From NCBI GenBank assembly GCA_002256025.1, contig NKIB01000152.1, positions 1 to 34,790 of the forward strand: DNA of 34,790 bases, written 5' to 3'. Below the pieces are notes generated by a model, which was not told where the DNA came from, did not search any database, and worked only from the letters and a program-made list of their open reading frames with translations. Positions 10,716 through 21,965 of this stretch are shown here, piece by piece. Every line of letters starts with the position of its first letter. The first letter of the stretch is position 1. A program made the position numbers and the translations under genes. The DNA comes from Asterionella formosa. Lineage: Eukaryota.

Positions 10716-13464
10716 ATGACGGCTGCTGCTTCTTTTGCTTCCACCATTGTTCTTTTCTTCCTTTTTGGTTTGACATCATTTCGTGTTGTTGATTCATTGT
10801 CGACGACAACAACGACAACAACAAGCAATAACAAACGAATACCAGCACATGATTCTCCTCTATGGCAAATGAAAACTCCATCACGAATGTTTCTTCCAAG
10901 GTCATTTCAACGTGCTATTGGTTCAATTTTTGCCAATCGTGTTGGGGGAAGACCAACAACTTCTACTACTACTGCCACGGAAGATGACAAAACCTTTATT
11001 GGATTTCATTTTGATACTTCTTTGTTAATGAATAAGAAAAAGAAAAGTGTCGAGGATGATGATGATCGAATAATAACAGCACAACAACAACAACAACAAC
11101 AACAACAAAAGACTCCATCATCGTGGATTCCATCCTCAAGAGAACAAATTGACTTGTTGTCATTATCTGATTTGAAGGATGCATGTACACATCGGGATAT
11201 TCCAATGGTACGTTTGTAATTATGTGCTTGTCATTTTTTTGCCTTCGTCAATATCCGAAGAAGACTATTCGATGTGTACATGTACTTACACCAGTATTTA
11301 CCAAACATTTTTTCAGCACGAGACCAAGAGTCAAGTAGATGACTTGCGGTTAGCTTTATGGGATTGGTCATTATTGAACCAACCAGCCACTGAGGAGGTT
11401 CCATCAAATGTCCCAGATTCCCTGCAAGCATGGGCTCGTGGCAACGAACAACGTTTGTTACGAAAAGGAAAAGAAATGAAAGAACAAGCCTCCAAACCAA
11501 GAGCAGTAGTTGCCAAACCACTACCAGTCACTATGAGTATGGAATCCTTGAAAAGGTCCTTTGATGCACCTGTTGCGGAATTGTCCAATAAACAAGTGCA
11601 TGACTTGTACAAGGCAGCCAGACAAGCTGATAGAGCTGGACAAACATTAGAAGCAATGGCCATTTTGAATTTTCTGAAAGATGTAGCACCCATGGAGCCA
11701 AAAGTTTTTACTGTTTTGGCCAGGCTTTATACCGAACGAGGAAATTTCAAAAAGGCACGACAATCATTGGACGAAGGGTTGATGATCCACCCTAATAACG
11801 GACATTTGTGGTTGGGTTTAGCAACGATTGCTAAACTAGTGCATGCCACTAACCGTGCAAGAGATTACTTGCATCAAGCCATTCGAGTAGATCCTGCACT
11901 GGCGGCTGCATATCATTTCTTGGGAACGTTGGAACATCAAGCTGGTCGGGTGGCATTGGCCATGCGGACACTCAAGAAAGGATTGGACTATGAACCGACT
12001 TGTCATCGATTGCATCATGCTCTGGGAGATATATACCGAGGTGCCATGATGCAAGATATGGCCAAGAATTGTTATCTAAAGGCACTAGAAACGGCACCAG
12101 AATCGAGCAAACCATTGGCCTACAAGGCACTTTCCTATACTGCCTATGAAAACAATGATGTTGCGTTGTGCCGGCATTGGTTGAAAAAGGGAGTGGAAGT
12201 TAATGGAGGGCAATCGGAAGGGTCATGGGTGGCGTGGGCAAGAATGGAAGAAGCGCAAGGCAATGTGGAAGAAGCAAGACAAGTGATTTATACGGCGCTG
12301 TCACACCATGAAGAAACATCGTTTAAGAACCAAAAAAAGAATCAAGACAGATGGAAAACATATAGACGAGACTCACTCAGGTTGCTTCAACAAGTATCGG
12401 CGTCTAGCAAACGGATACCGCGTGGTAAACACGTCCGAAGAGCCCAATTCGAAAATGTCTACAAAAACTGGGCCCGACTAGAACGACACCATGGAACAGA
12501 CGACAGTGTTGACGATGTGTTCGCCCGAGCCATTGAAGTCTTTCCTGGTAATTGGAAATATTACGATGACTGGGCCACATACTATGCCAAAAGAGGGAAT
12601 CACGACCGCGCTCGCGAGCTGTACGGCAATGCTATACAGGAAGTGGCACACAGGAATACTAATCCCTACCGTCATTTTGCGGAGCTGGAACTGTCCCTGG
12701 GACGGTATAAGGAAGCATCACTTATATTTTATCGTGGTGCCAAAGCTGTGGCAAAAATTAACGACGGTGGGTTGGCTCACCAAAGTGGTTTTGCAAGACT
12801 GTACCACTCGTGGGCAGTGTGTGAGTGGCACTTGGGTCACCTTTCCCGAGCGCAACAGTTGTTTGACCATGCCCTCCGTATGACCCATGGCGATGAAACA
12901 GAGTTTCGGTCGTATATTTTTTATTCCATGGCACGGTTGGAATATTGCAAAGGCGAGTACGAATTAGCCCAGCATTATGTTGGGTTGAGTCTCAAGGAAA
13001 ATCTCATGCCTGGAGGGAATTCGAAAATTTGGGAGCTGTGGTTGGATGTGGCTACGGCCATGAACAATCTCAACCTAGTGCATGAGTGCAAGGCTCAACT
13101 CGAGCGATTGCGACGACAAGAAGAAAAGCATGGCCTAGGGGGTAGGTTACTCTCTGTAGTTCCGACCAAACAGGAGTTGGCACAATTTACTGGCATGACC
13201 ATTGCTGAAATGGTGACACTCGAGCCATGGATGAAGGATTTGGTGGACGACGAGGCAACTAACAGGTCATTTTTTCTTAATGGTGTCAACCTTCCAATAT
13301 TAGCACCACCTGCAGCACCAGCAGTCCGCGATGAAACCTTACTGGTCCAAGAAAACAAGTTGCTGGGCCGAGTAGCAGAAGTGTTGGTCCAAGAAAAAGT
13401 TTGGGTTTTTGAAGATTTATCACTGATTGGTATTTCTAGTGAACAAGTTGGTGTCAGAAACTAA
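10716..13464 (+). CDS. plastid-targeted SAP-domain + HAT/TPR-repeat protein, Mbb1/HCF107-like RNA maturation factor; exons 10716-11207 and 11317-13464 (~879 aa)
   Basis: Signal peptide (..IVLFFLFGLTSFRVVDS/LS) followed by a Ser/Thr-rich transit-like region. A phase-0 GT..AG intron joins the 167-aa and 761-aa ORFs and completes a SAP-like motif (LLSLSDLKDACTHRDIPM|HETKSQVDDLRLALWDW). Many TPR/HAT repeats follow (WVAWARMEEAQGNVEEAR, WARLE, WAVCEWHLGHLSRAQQLF). Confidence 0.85.
11208..11316 (+). other. spliceosomal intron (109 bp)
   Basis: Donor GTACGT, branch-like CTTAC, acceptor TTTTTTCAG; splicing keeps the frame. Confidence 0.85.
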
Positions 13465-14139
13465 AAATAAAATCGTTTCAGCAATATAGGTAGACCTTTT
13501 GTTAGTATTACATCAGAGGTAGACCCCTTTAAATAATCAGTGAACCAGAACTTAGTTATTTTTTCCGAGAACAACATCTCCTTGAGTGGAAACTGTTATT
13601 TTAACAATGATTTATTTAAACTAACATAAATCATCCTTTAAAGCTAGATTATGCGTTCCGGCGTTTTTACGCCATGTTTCGACTCAAAATAATTTATTCA
13701 TTTTCCACAGTGGCGACAAATCAAATACGTAAGTCAATGTAGAGGTGGCCTTAGGTATCCTTTATTTTTTAAGAACCTTCCTAATTCATTAGATATGAAG
13801 TCTTTAAAGTGGATGATAATGGTCGTTTTGGATGACTATCAATAAATGTATATCTTTTTTAAAGATAACTTCGTATTCAAATTTTGGTTTCATTTATGCT
13901 ATTGTTGACCCTAAAACTTTTCCTCCCACATCATTATTTGTCTTTTACATCGTCTACCTATTTATTATGATTTGTTTTCATGTTTTAGCTCTTAATTATT
14001 TTTCAGTTTGCCTTTTAGCTCGAATATTATTTTAGTTTTTGTGTTGATAATCTTACTAGCAGTGTCTTTTTGATGATGTTTCGACATAGATTTAGGTAGG
14101 CGGATTTATATACATTTATCACAATTAATGTTGTGCTTA

Positions 14140-15880
14140 CATCAGGCTACTGGTGCTGGTAACAGTATGACAGATATCAGCCAACCTTCTGTTGATTCTT
14201 TGTTGTGTATTAACAGATTCATTTGTTGCTCTGCCTCCACCTCCACCACCTCCTCCTCCTCCTCCTCCTCTCACTCATCTGGTTCTTTCTCGCCAGCACC
14301 TGAATCAAAAGGTAGTGCTGTGATGTCAATTTCCCCTCGTGTGCCAGCCCCATTCTTGGCAACCACATGAAAAGAGAGAATATGTAGTATTAGAGTAGCC
14401 ACCACAGTTGCAGTCACTTATGGCGGCTACTGGTCTTCTTGGTGTGACGAGGTCTCACCCAATTGGGTAAGTTGGGGTTGACTTCTTGTTTGTAGTGCTG
14501 GCAAATCGCTATTGCTTCGAAACCATCGCACAAGGATCTTTATCTCAGGAACATACAGCATAGTATGCATGTTAACAAGGCTTATTTCACTGCACATAGA
14601 ACCATAAATTTGTTTGCTTTATATCACCATAAAACAAATAGGGCACAGGACCATTCACACCAGGACAAGCCGCCACCACTCCAAATAGCGTTCGGACTGC
14701 TGATTTGCGGCCATCGCGTTCAATAGCTTGCTGCATTTGCGTCATGGTGGTGTGAAAGCTCTTGAGTAAAAAAGCCCGCCATTTTTGCTAAATAGCTTGC
14801 TTGCCTGCTTTCCTCTTCCTCACCAGAGCAGATGCAATCACGCACATTCGGTCCAAGAGCACGAATGTAAGCAGATGATGCCAATAGACCAACAACACAG
14901 ATTCTTTTCTTATGGGACAAGTCAATGTGGGCTTTGGCACCAGTTTCCTTGCATTGTTGATGGGCTTGGGCATCAAGGAGGATGTCAATTCTGATTTTAA
15001 GAATCTTCACGGTTCTTGTATTCAACAATGCCACGACCACACGGTCAGCTAGAGTGCTGACATATCCATCTGCAAGGTTCAATACTTGGTGTAAAGTAAC
15101 ATTTTTGTGGGTGTCATATTGCAACATTGTTTTTAAGTAGGATTTCAGATTGATTGAGGACATTATAGAGAGGGCCCCGTCATTGGTTGGCAATTGTCGT
15201 CCTGTAGGGAGCAACTGCCTTGTATTTTGACAATGCCAATTTTATTGACAGTGAGAATTCCTGATGATGGTCCATCAGCTTTCGTGGTGAGTAGTTTCTA
15301 CTTTGCTTTTATGATGGCCATCTTATAGGAACCGTTTTGTTTAGTAAAGTCAATGACTTGCCAGTAGAAGTAATCATTTGGATCACCAATGCAGACATTC
15401 CTTTTGTGCTCAGGATTATTGATGGCTGTCTTCAAGAAAGAGCAAGTCAAACAGGTTCCATAAAGCAACATAGGGAATTAAGAAAGGAGTTGGTGGGTAA
15501 GCGTCCCTTGGAAATATTCTGATTTTATCATTGTGTGCAAGCATTCCAACAAGTACTACCTCTGCAGTGAAAGCTCCATTTTCAGATGAGGCACAACTGC
15601 ATGTAGGCAGGTAAGCAAGCTGACTCCATAAACAGTGTGCACTGGCCATTGTCGATACCTTCTTTTGTTAATTCCAATAAAGTCACCACTAGTTGACATT
15701 GTGGATAGGGAATCAACATTCAGAGAAGTTGAGGTGGTAGTAAATAAGCAGACCATATCTGTACAAAACTGGGAAGTTGTATGACTTTCAGTTTTTAGGT
15801 GGTGGTATATTCTGGTGGTTCATCATGTCTTCAATACCTTTGAGGCTTGAAAACTTGGACTTATAGGGAGGGCTAGATGG
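14140..15880 (-). pseudogene. decayed reading frame of unknown identity (possibly TE-borne)
   Basis: Protein-like fragments on the minus strand: ..KTAINNPEHKRNVCIGDPNDYFYWQVIDF.., the 164-aa ORF 14720-15214, QMQQAIERDGRKSAVRTLFGVVAACPG.. and an acidic tail EEEEEEEVVEVEAEQQ. They are broken by stops and frameshifts. Confidence 0.4.
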
Positions 15881-16401
15881 AAAAAGTAAGAAACAAGTTA
15901 GACAAATCACAAAGAAACATTGGGACAGCAATTGGATGATTGTGACCTGAAAAACATAAATTCGGGAGAGCAAGATTAAGAAGGTGGGGACTGATGGACA
16001 TGCATTATTTCGAATGTACGGTATGGCCGTCCCGCTGGTACCTGGTACCAGGTACCCTGGTACCGTACTCCTGCCTTCCTGGTACCAGCTATAGCTACCT
16101 GGTTCGAGTACCAGTACCGGTAGTCTAGTAAATATAAAAAATATACGGTACTCCGGTATGTAATGCCAGTGCAAATACGTGTGTACATATTCATATGAAT
16201 AGAAAACTAGAAAGTAAGACTCTGGTCCATCAACTCAAAATCACGACGATGCATACCAGTACTACTATAATGTTACACGACAACCAAAACCCATTCATTG
16301 TCCCTCAGATTGATGTTAGTTCCATTTCCATTGCTCCCTTTCATCATTTCTCTCAACCACACCTCAAACATTAACAGTTGTCATCAATATAACTAGATCC
16401 A

Positions 16402-18747
16402 ATGCCAATTATTGATGAGTTTGGTCGAGAAATCCCCGGAATTAGTTCCAGAAGCAGCAACAACAATGCGACGAATCTCCATTCTACTTCCATTCATTCC
16501 AGCACTCGTGGTCATTATCTGATGCGTACAAAAAGCCCTTCTCCACCCATTAGCCGCTATTCAGAAAGGAAACGGCATTATTCACCCAACAAGCACCCTT
16601 CATCACCTCCAGCGGCTAGTCGTAGACCACGTACGACAACAACAACAACAGCTCCTGCTTCTACTCTTATTATTGAACGGTATGTGACTGATCCCATGCT
16701 TTGTGAATATGTATACAATACAACAACTACTGCGCAACAAGGAAAAGACAATAATGGAGTAGTAGGAGTGGACAGCGCTACTACTACCAATGACAGTACT
16801 AGTTCTAGTATTAATATCAAGCAACAGGAACATGGAGTTGGCAACTACTATCCTGACGAGGTTGGTGGTGGTGGTGGTAACGAGGCATCGGTGGAGCGCA
16901 ATGGTGACAACAACAAAAACAGCAACAACAACAACAACAACAGCAATACTAGCATGAACGATTCATTGGCTGGCAATGTCGAATCCAAGAAAACAGAAAC
17001 CTACGACGAGTATCGAAAGAGATATGCACTCCACTACATTCGAGCCTTTTTCAATCAACACATGGACGACTCGTGGTTTAGGAATCGATATTCTCCACTA
17101 CTCAAACGACGTGTACTAGAAGATGAGTATGAACGAGCTGCCACGGAGGCCAAAGCCATGATGGAACAAGTGCATCACCATGATACTACTACCACCACTA
17201 GTACTACTACTAGTAGTAGTGGGACTGACAGTGGTGTCATGGCGTTTATATCACAGGCTCGATTGGGCCATGGCGTCAAACGAGAAATGCCAACAGGTAG
17301 CAACAATGCCTTACCCAAAGTACATGCCTTTTCATGCGTAGCAAAAGTGATCAAATTGGTAAATGTACCACCACATGTGTCGGAGGATCAAATTTCTCAT
17401 GCACTGCAAGCACACTCGACCATGGCAACACAATCGACGATGCATGTGTATTCCGGGGCCGTATCGACCACAACGCTCCTTCGAGATGTGATCAGTGTCT
17501 TTGCATCTGTGGAAATTAAAAATGATGTCCTACATAACCTTGCCAAACATGTGGATTCTGTCCCTCGCAAGGACGATCAAGGAAAATATACCTTGGCTCT
17601 TTCTGTGGAATGCTCAGATGCGTATGGACGAGCAGAATTAGATGAACCTGGTAATATCATTGCCTCCCGCAAGGCCATTGTATCCCTATCGACCGAACCT
17701 ATCCCAACGGCAGTGACTGTACTAAGTGCATCGTTGTCGTCCAAGGAAAGGATCCCCAATGACAAGGCGGCGGCCATTATGATAGGACGAGCACTTGATG
17801 TGAAGCGCAAAATACCTCGTCAGGTACGATTGGAAGATTTGATGGAACAATTGCCACCTGACACTTCAGATGAAGATTGTTTGGATGTTGCCATTGCCTA
17901 CCTTCGACGTGTTCACTTGTTTTCGTTTTATAATGCATGTTCCTTCGGCGATTCATTTATCAATGTCTTGAATGGAAAGACTTCAGCGGGGACTGTGCAT
18001 TTGAGATTACAAGGGGCAGATGAATTGTTAACAAGTCATGATGATGATGACAATGATAAGACAGATTTGTTGGTAATGCGTTTGGACGATGCCATTCAAC
18101 GATCCATGGAGGCCACGTCAGATTGGGTCAATAGCGAGTATATGATCAGTCAAGAGGACGATGCACAAGCGAATGAATTGGAATTGTTGGAACAACAGAC
18201 GCAACAAGAATGGATTGAACAGCACATACTGGTCGATGGGGAAGATGGGCGAGCCCGATGTGCGTTTCATTTTTGTCGCAAGCTTTTCAAGGATGGGAGT
18301 TTTTTGCGAAAGCACTTACTTAAGAAACATTCCGAATACTTACGTGCTGAGGTTGCCAAGTGTCACGATGCCTTTATGATGCAGGCATGGGAAAAAGAAG
18401 AAATCAGACCAGTTCCACAAGTGTTGGTGGATTGTGGGTCCAACTTTGGATTGCAACCATCTCCTGTAGTAGGAGCTGTCCCCATGGCCGACGACCCCGA
18501 ACCAGAATTGTGGAGAAAAGAAGAAGAACGGCGCAAGCGACTTGAGGAAAAGGAAGAGATGCGACATCGACGTCGTACTCATTCTCATGGTGGTGGTGAG
18601 GATGGGGGACCTCCACCCCTTCGTCGTAATGTCAATGCATTTGTGGATGTGGATGATATGAAAGAAGAAAAGGTTGAATTGAAATTTGACAATGTGGAGA
18701 TTCCAGTTGAGGCTCCGAAAAAGAAAAAGAGGAAGAAGCTGCTATAA
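16402..18747 (+). CDS. SRRT: SERRATE/ARS2 RNA effector protein (cap-binding complex partner), 781 aa
   Basis: YDEYRKRY..FFNQHMDDSWFRNRYSP (DUF3546 region), RRM-like middle, LDVAIAYLRRVHLFSFY, C2H2 finger CAFHFCRKLFKDGSFLRKHLLKKH, C-terminal NLS KKKKRKK. Confidence 0.92.
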   Translation: MPIIDEFGREIPGISSRSSNNNATNLHSTSIHSSTRGHYLMRTKSPSPPISRYSERKRHYSPNKHPSSPPAASRRPRTTTTTTAPASTLIIERYVTDPMLCEYVYNTTTTAQQGKDNNGVVGVDSATTTNDSTSSSINIKQQEHGVGNYYPDEVGGGGGNEASVERNGDNNKNSNNNNNNSNTSMNDSLAGNVESKKTETYDEYRKRYALHYIRAFFNQHMDDSWFRNRYSPLLKRRVLEDEYERAATEAKAMMEQVHHHDTTTTTSTTTSSSGTDSGVMAFISQARLGHGVKREMPTGSNNALPKVHAFSCVAKVIKLVNVPPHVSEDQISHALQAHSTMATQSTMHVYSGAVSTTTLLRDVISVFASVEIKNDVLHNLAKHVDSVPRKDDQGKYTLALSVECSDAYGRAELDEPGNIIASRKAIVSLSTEPIPTAVTVLSASLSSKERIPNDKAAAIMIGRALDVKRKIPRQVRLEDLMEQLPPDTSDEDCLDVAIAYLRRVHLFSFYNACSFGDSFINVLNGKTSAGTVHLRLQGADELLTSHDDDDNDKTDLLVMRLDDAIQRSMEATSDWVNSEYMISQEDDAQANELELLEQQTQQEWIEQHILVDGEDGRARCAFHFCRKLFKDGSFLRKHLLKKHSEYLRAEVAKCHDAFMMQAWEKEEIRPVPQVLVDCGSNFGLQPSPVVGAVPMADDPEPELWRKEEERRKRLEEKEEMRHRRRTHSHGGGEDGGPPPLRRNVNAFVDVDDMKEEKVELKFDNVEIPVEAPKKKKRKKLL

Positions 18748-18953
18748 TGTTTCATCCAATAATGTCATGTGAGAGATTCTGGAACAAAATGCCTAGTTGC
18801 GGGGAGCGGAATACCGCACTTAATATCGTTATCGACTCTTAAAAGTTTAATAAAAGGGGAGAGCTATCATAGTTTAACATCATTTGTTTCAAAAGCAAAT
18901 GTAAACTATGTAAATAATGGCACACTACACATATTTAGTTGAGGAGCTGACTC

Positions 18954-19487
18954 CTAGCCATCCACATTCTGTGCCAGTCGATTAATGTATGCCCGAACAG
19001 CTTGTCTCGCATACGGGATATACGAAAGACAGTACCATGTAATGGCAACATACTGAATGAGTAGCAGACCCAAAAGGAGCAATCCCTTGAACAAAAACAT
19101 TGGCAGAAATGCCACAAGCAAAGTCATTCCCAACGACCCCAAGTATGCCACTGTCGCTACCTTGCGAGTCTCGTGCATCATTTTATTCCATTGGCTCTTG
19201 GGGCCAGTGAGAAAGCACGATCCTGTCAAGGCAATGATGTTTCCAACGGTAGTATGCAACACAAACGGAAGTGGATCGCCTAGCATCAAATCCTTGAATC
19301 GGAAAAAGGATCCAAAGGAAAGGAGATATCCAAGAATCATGCAGGCTCCACATCCGATCAACCGTTCTTGCCACGTCAGTGCCATGAAGCACCCTGCATC
19401 ATTGGTGTCGCTTTCAGACGACGAAGACTCTGTGGCATCTTGCGAGGACCGGGGCAATAAGGAATTAAGGTCCATGGAATCAAACAT
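18954..19487 (-). CDS. SFT2: SFT2/Got1-family vesicle transport protein, 177 aa
   Basis: LTWQERLIGCGAC, F..TTVGNIIALTGSCFLTGPKSQWNKM, Q..A..WYCLSYIPYAR; four TM helices. Confidence 0.93.
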   Translation of the reverse strand: MFDSMDLNSLLPRSSQDATESSSSESDTNDAGCFMALTWQERLIGCGACMILGYLLSFGSFFRFKDLMLGDPLPFVLHTTVGNIIALTGSCFLTGPKSQWNKMMHETRKVATVAYLGSLGMTLLVAFLPMFLFKGLLLLGLLLIQYVAITWYCLSYIPYARQAVRAYINRLAQNVDG

Positions 19488-19949
19488 ATTTTCTGCTACC
19501 GGTACTGCTGATTAAATGATGCTGATGCTGGTCGATTCAGTTCAGTTCTGTCTATTCTGTGCCGCCTTGCTCGGTCTGATAATACTAGAAGGCCCTACCG
19601 CGATGCTGCTTTGAATAAGCTAGTAGAATGGGACAGCAATGATATTCTAATCGATGTTGCACTGGTGTCGGCTTTGTTCTGTTGTGATGTGGTCTTACTT
19701 TACTTCATGATGTTTGTATGTATAGTAAAACGCTACGATATGTACCGGTACGCACATTATGCTTGCTCGTGAGGTGAAAACCATGATGGCCGAAAATTCT
19801 GTCTTCTACTGCCTACTATGATCTATTGACAATAACAGAATATGAATCCTACATAGGAGTGCTCAGACCACATAGCATGGTACCAGATACCTGCACGTAA
19901 TTTCATGCATCCCTTTGTGTTGAAACTAAAACATTATCTTTTTTGATAT

Positions 19950-20085
19950 CTTTATCCAATATTAAATTGTCTATTTAAGCAAAATGACCGCAACTTGCTG
20001 CTGAAGTTACCAAAGGTCAGCACGTTGGCTGTGGTCATTTTGCTTAAATAAACAATTTAATTTGGGATAAAGCAAGCTAAATTCT
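19950..20085. repeat. long imperfect palindrome related to the 9711-9800 element
   Basis: CTTTATCCAATATTAAATTGTCTATTTAAGCAAAATGACCGCAACTTGCTG ... CAGCACGTTGGCTGTGGTCATTTTGCTTAAATAAACAATTTAATTTGGGATAAAG; arms of about 50 bp. Confidence 0.85.
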
Positions 20086-20807
20086 TGTAGGTATATACCG
20101 TTAGAAGGACCGGTTTTGTTGTTTTCATTTTAATACCAGCACCTGGTACCATGTACCTGGTACCAGCACCCGGCTACTGGGAGTTCACTGAAGGGACCAG
20201 ATCATAGCTACCGGTATGTCCAGTATTGGTAAGAAATGGTACCAGGTACCAAATACATCTAGTACCTGGTACCGCTCTACCAGTATCTTAGTCGACCCCC
20301 ACCTGGTAACAGGTACTGGTATACAGGCGATAATGTAAAAAATGTAAAAGCACGACTCATTTGTGATCACCACCAGGTGTACTGCTTACCGTACCAGGTC
20401 TCTGGTACGGTAGATAAACGACCATTTAGAAATGCCGGTATGTAGGTACCTGGTACTTGGTATCAGCTACAGACTGCCGACAATGGTTTACTAATAAGGG
20501 TCGTTCTTATCATTTTCGATTTGGTATCATTTTTTTTGAAAAAGTATCATGTAATGGCTACTCGATTTAAACCGAAAAAATCCATTCTCCACAAAAATAA
20601 AAATGAAATTGTATCACCCAAAAAGTATCACGAAAATTCAACGGTTATGGGCTGGCTACAATCATGTGCATATGCTTCCCTCCAGATTATTTCGATAATT
20701 TTCCATTACTAAAACCATGTTGGAAAATTACGCGTATTATGTAGCAGTATGGAATATATAGCTGACATACCTGCTTAATTCTTGATTTGCCATGAGTCAA
20801 CACAGAC

Positions 20808-21530
20808 ATGCAAGATCCTCTATACACTTCGTCTTACACTTCCGCTTGCCATCATCCCCTTTCAAGTTTACAAGCAATCAGCACCATGTCATCATTGTCA
20901 GTGCACAATGACAAACAAGTGCATCAACATTGGACTGAAGAAGGTGCCGTGAATATCAACGATGGCAATGATGATGATGGTAATGATGTCATCAGTAATC
21001 AATTTTTTGATAATGAAAACAACCATCAATTCTTTGATTACGATGACCATGATCAATTCTTTATCCTTTGTCATCTGGCTCTGGAGGCTGAAACGAAAGT
21101 TAAAAAGAGGAAGGCGAAATGGGAGTATGAGAGAATGTCATGGCATTCTCATGTCAAGAAGCTGTGTCATGAGGACGCATTTGAAAAGACTTATAGAATG
21201 TCCCTTCGAGCCTTTAAGAAGTTGGTTTACTTGCTGGAGAAGGCATAGCTTCAATCTATAGATGCCGAGATTTATTTCTTGAAGCCGTGCTTAACTGTGA
21301 TTATCTGAAAATTATATTTCCTAAAACAAGGAGTGATTTGGTGAAATTGGCTATAGCCTTTGAACAAAAGAGCACAGAAGGGTTGATCAGAGGGTGTGTT
21401 GGTGCTATTGATGGTTTTTTAGCCACAATTAGTCGCCCCACGCTACGTGACTGTGGAAACAATCCAGGAGCTTTTTAATCTGGACATTACATGACTTATG
21501 GTATCAATGTTCAGGCTATCTGTGATGTTG
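20808..21530 (+). pseudogene. Harbinger (HARBI1/DDE_Tnp_4) transposase remnant
   Basis: FEKTYRMSLRAFKKLV, then a frameshift/deletion to GIASIYRCRDLFLEAV..IIFP..GCVGAIDG (first catalytic D), then AF*SGHYMTYGINVQAICD. The later catalytic D/E region is missing. Confidence 0.9.
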
Positions 21531-21965
21531 AGAAAAGGGTTGAGAGTAGATTTATATTATCACTATCCAATTCAATGTCTGATTCATTGACAATGAAAGA
21601 TCTAGGGTATATCCTCTGTGACAAGCTTTCTCTCTTCAAAAGTCGAGCAATCAAAGCAACAGTGAAAGCCTTCTTCGCATTTTGTATCCAGAAACTTTGT
21701 ATCTGACGCAAATTTTTCGGAGAACCTTGACCGAGATCTGCTTCATTGCAACACCTTTGTTGAAAATCACCTTTGTCCTTTCACTATCAAGCACAAAGTC
21801 ATCAGGAAGTATGAGGTAGTCAACAAATCGATCGACTTCAGTATCTGTAGCAAGAGACTGCATTGTATCGTTGAAGGTGGTGGATTGATCTTGACATACA
21901 TTGGTCTCCACATCAACAGTTGTTGTTTGCGTTTGTGTGACTGGTTCCATACTATGCGGTTCCAT
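21530..21965 (-). pseudogene. Harbinger second (accessory, putative DNA-binding) ORF remnant
   Basis: ORF 21651-21965 continues after a 1-nt frameshift in an A-run (..VSGYK|NAKKAFTVALIARLLKRESL..). It is convergent with the transposase, inside the TIRs. Confidence 0.65.

Noticed and set aside
11179..11316. First 46 codons of the 761-aa ORF
   Set aside because: Out-of-frame end of exon 1 plus the intron; not part of the spliced protein.
16578..19515. Numerous 60-150 aa ORFs overlapping SRRT and SFT2 (likewise in NAPRT, ABCD and the GT genes)
   Set aside because: Antisense or alternate-frame shadows of well-supported genes.
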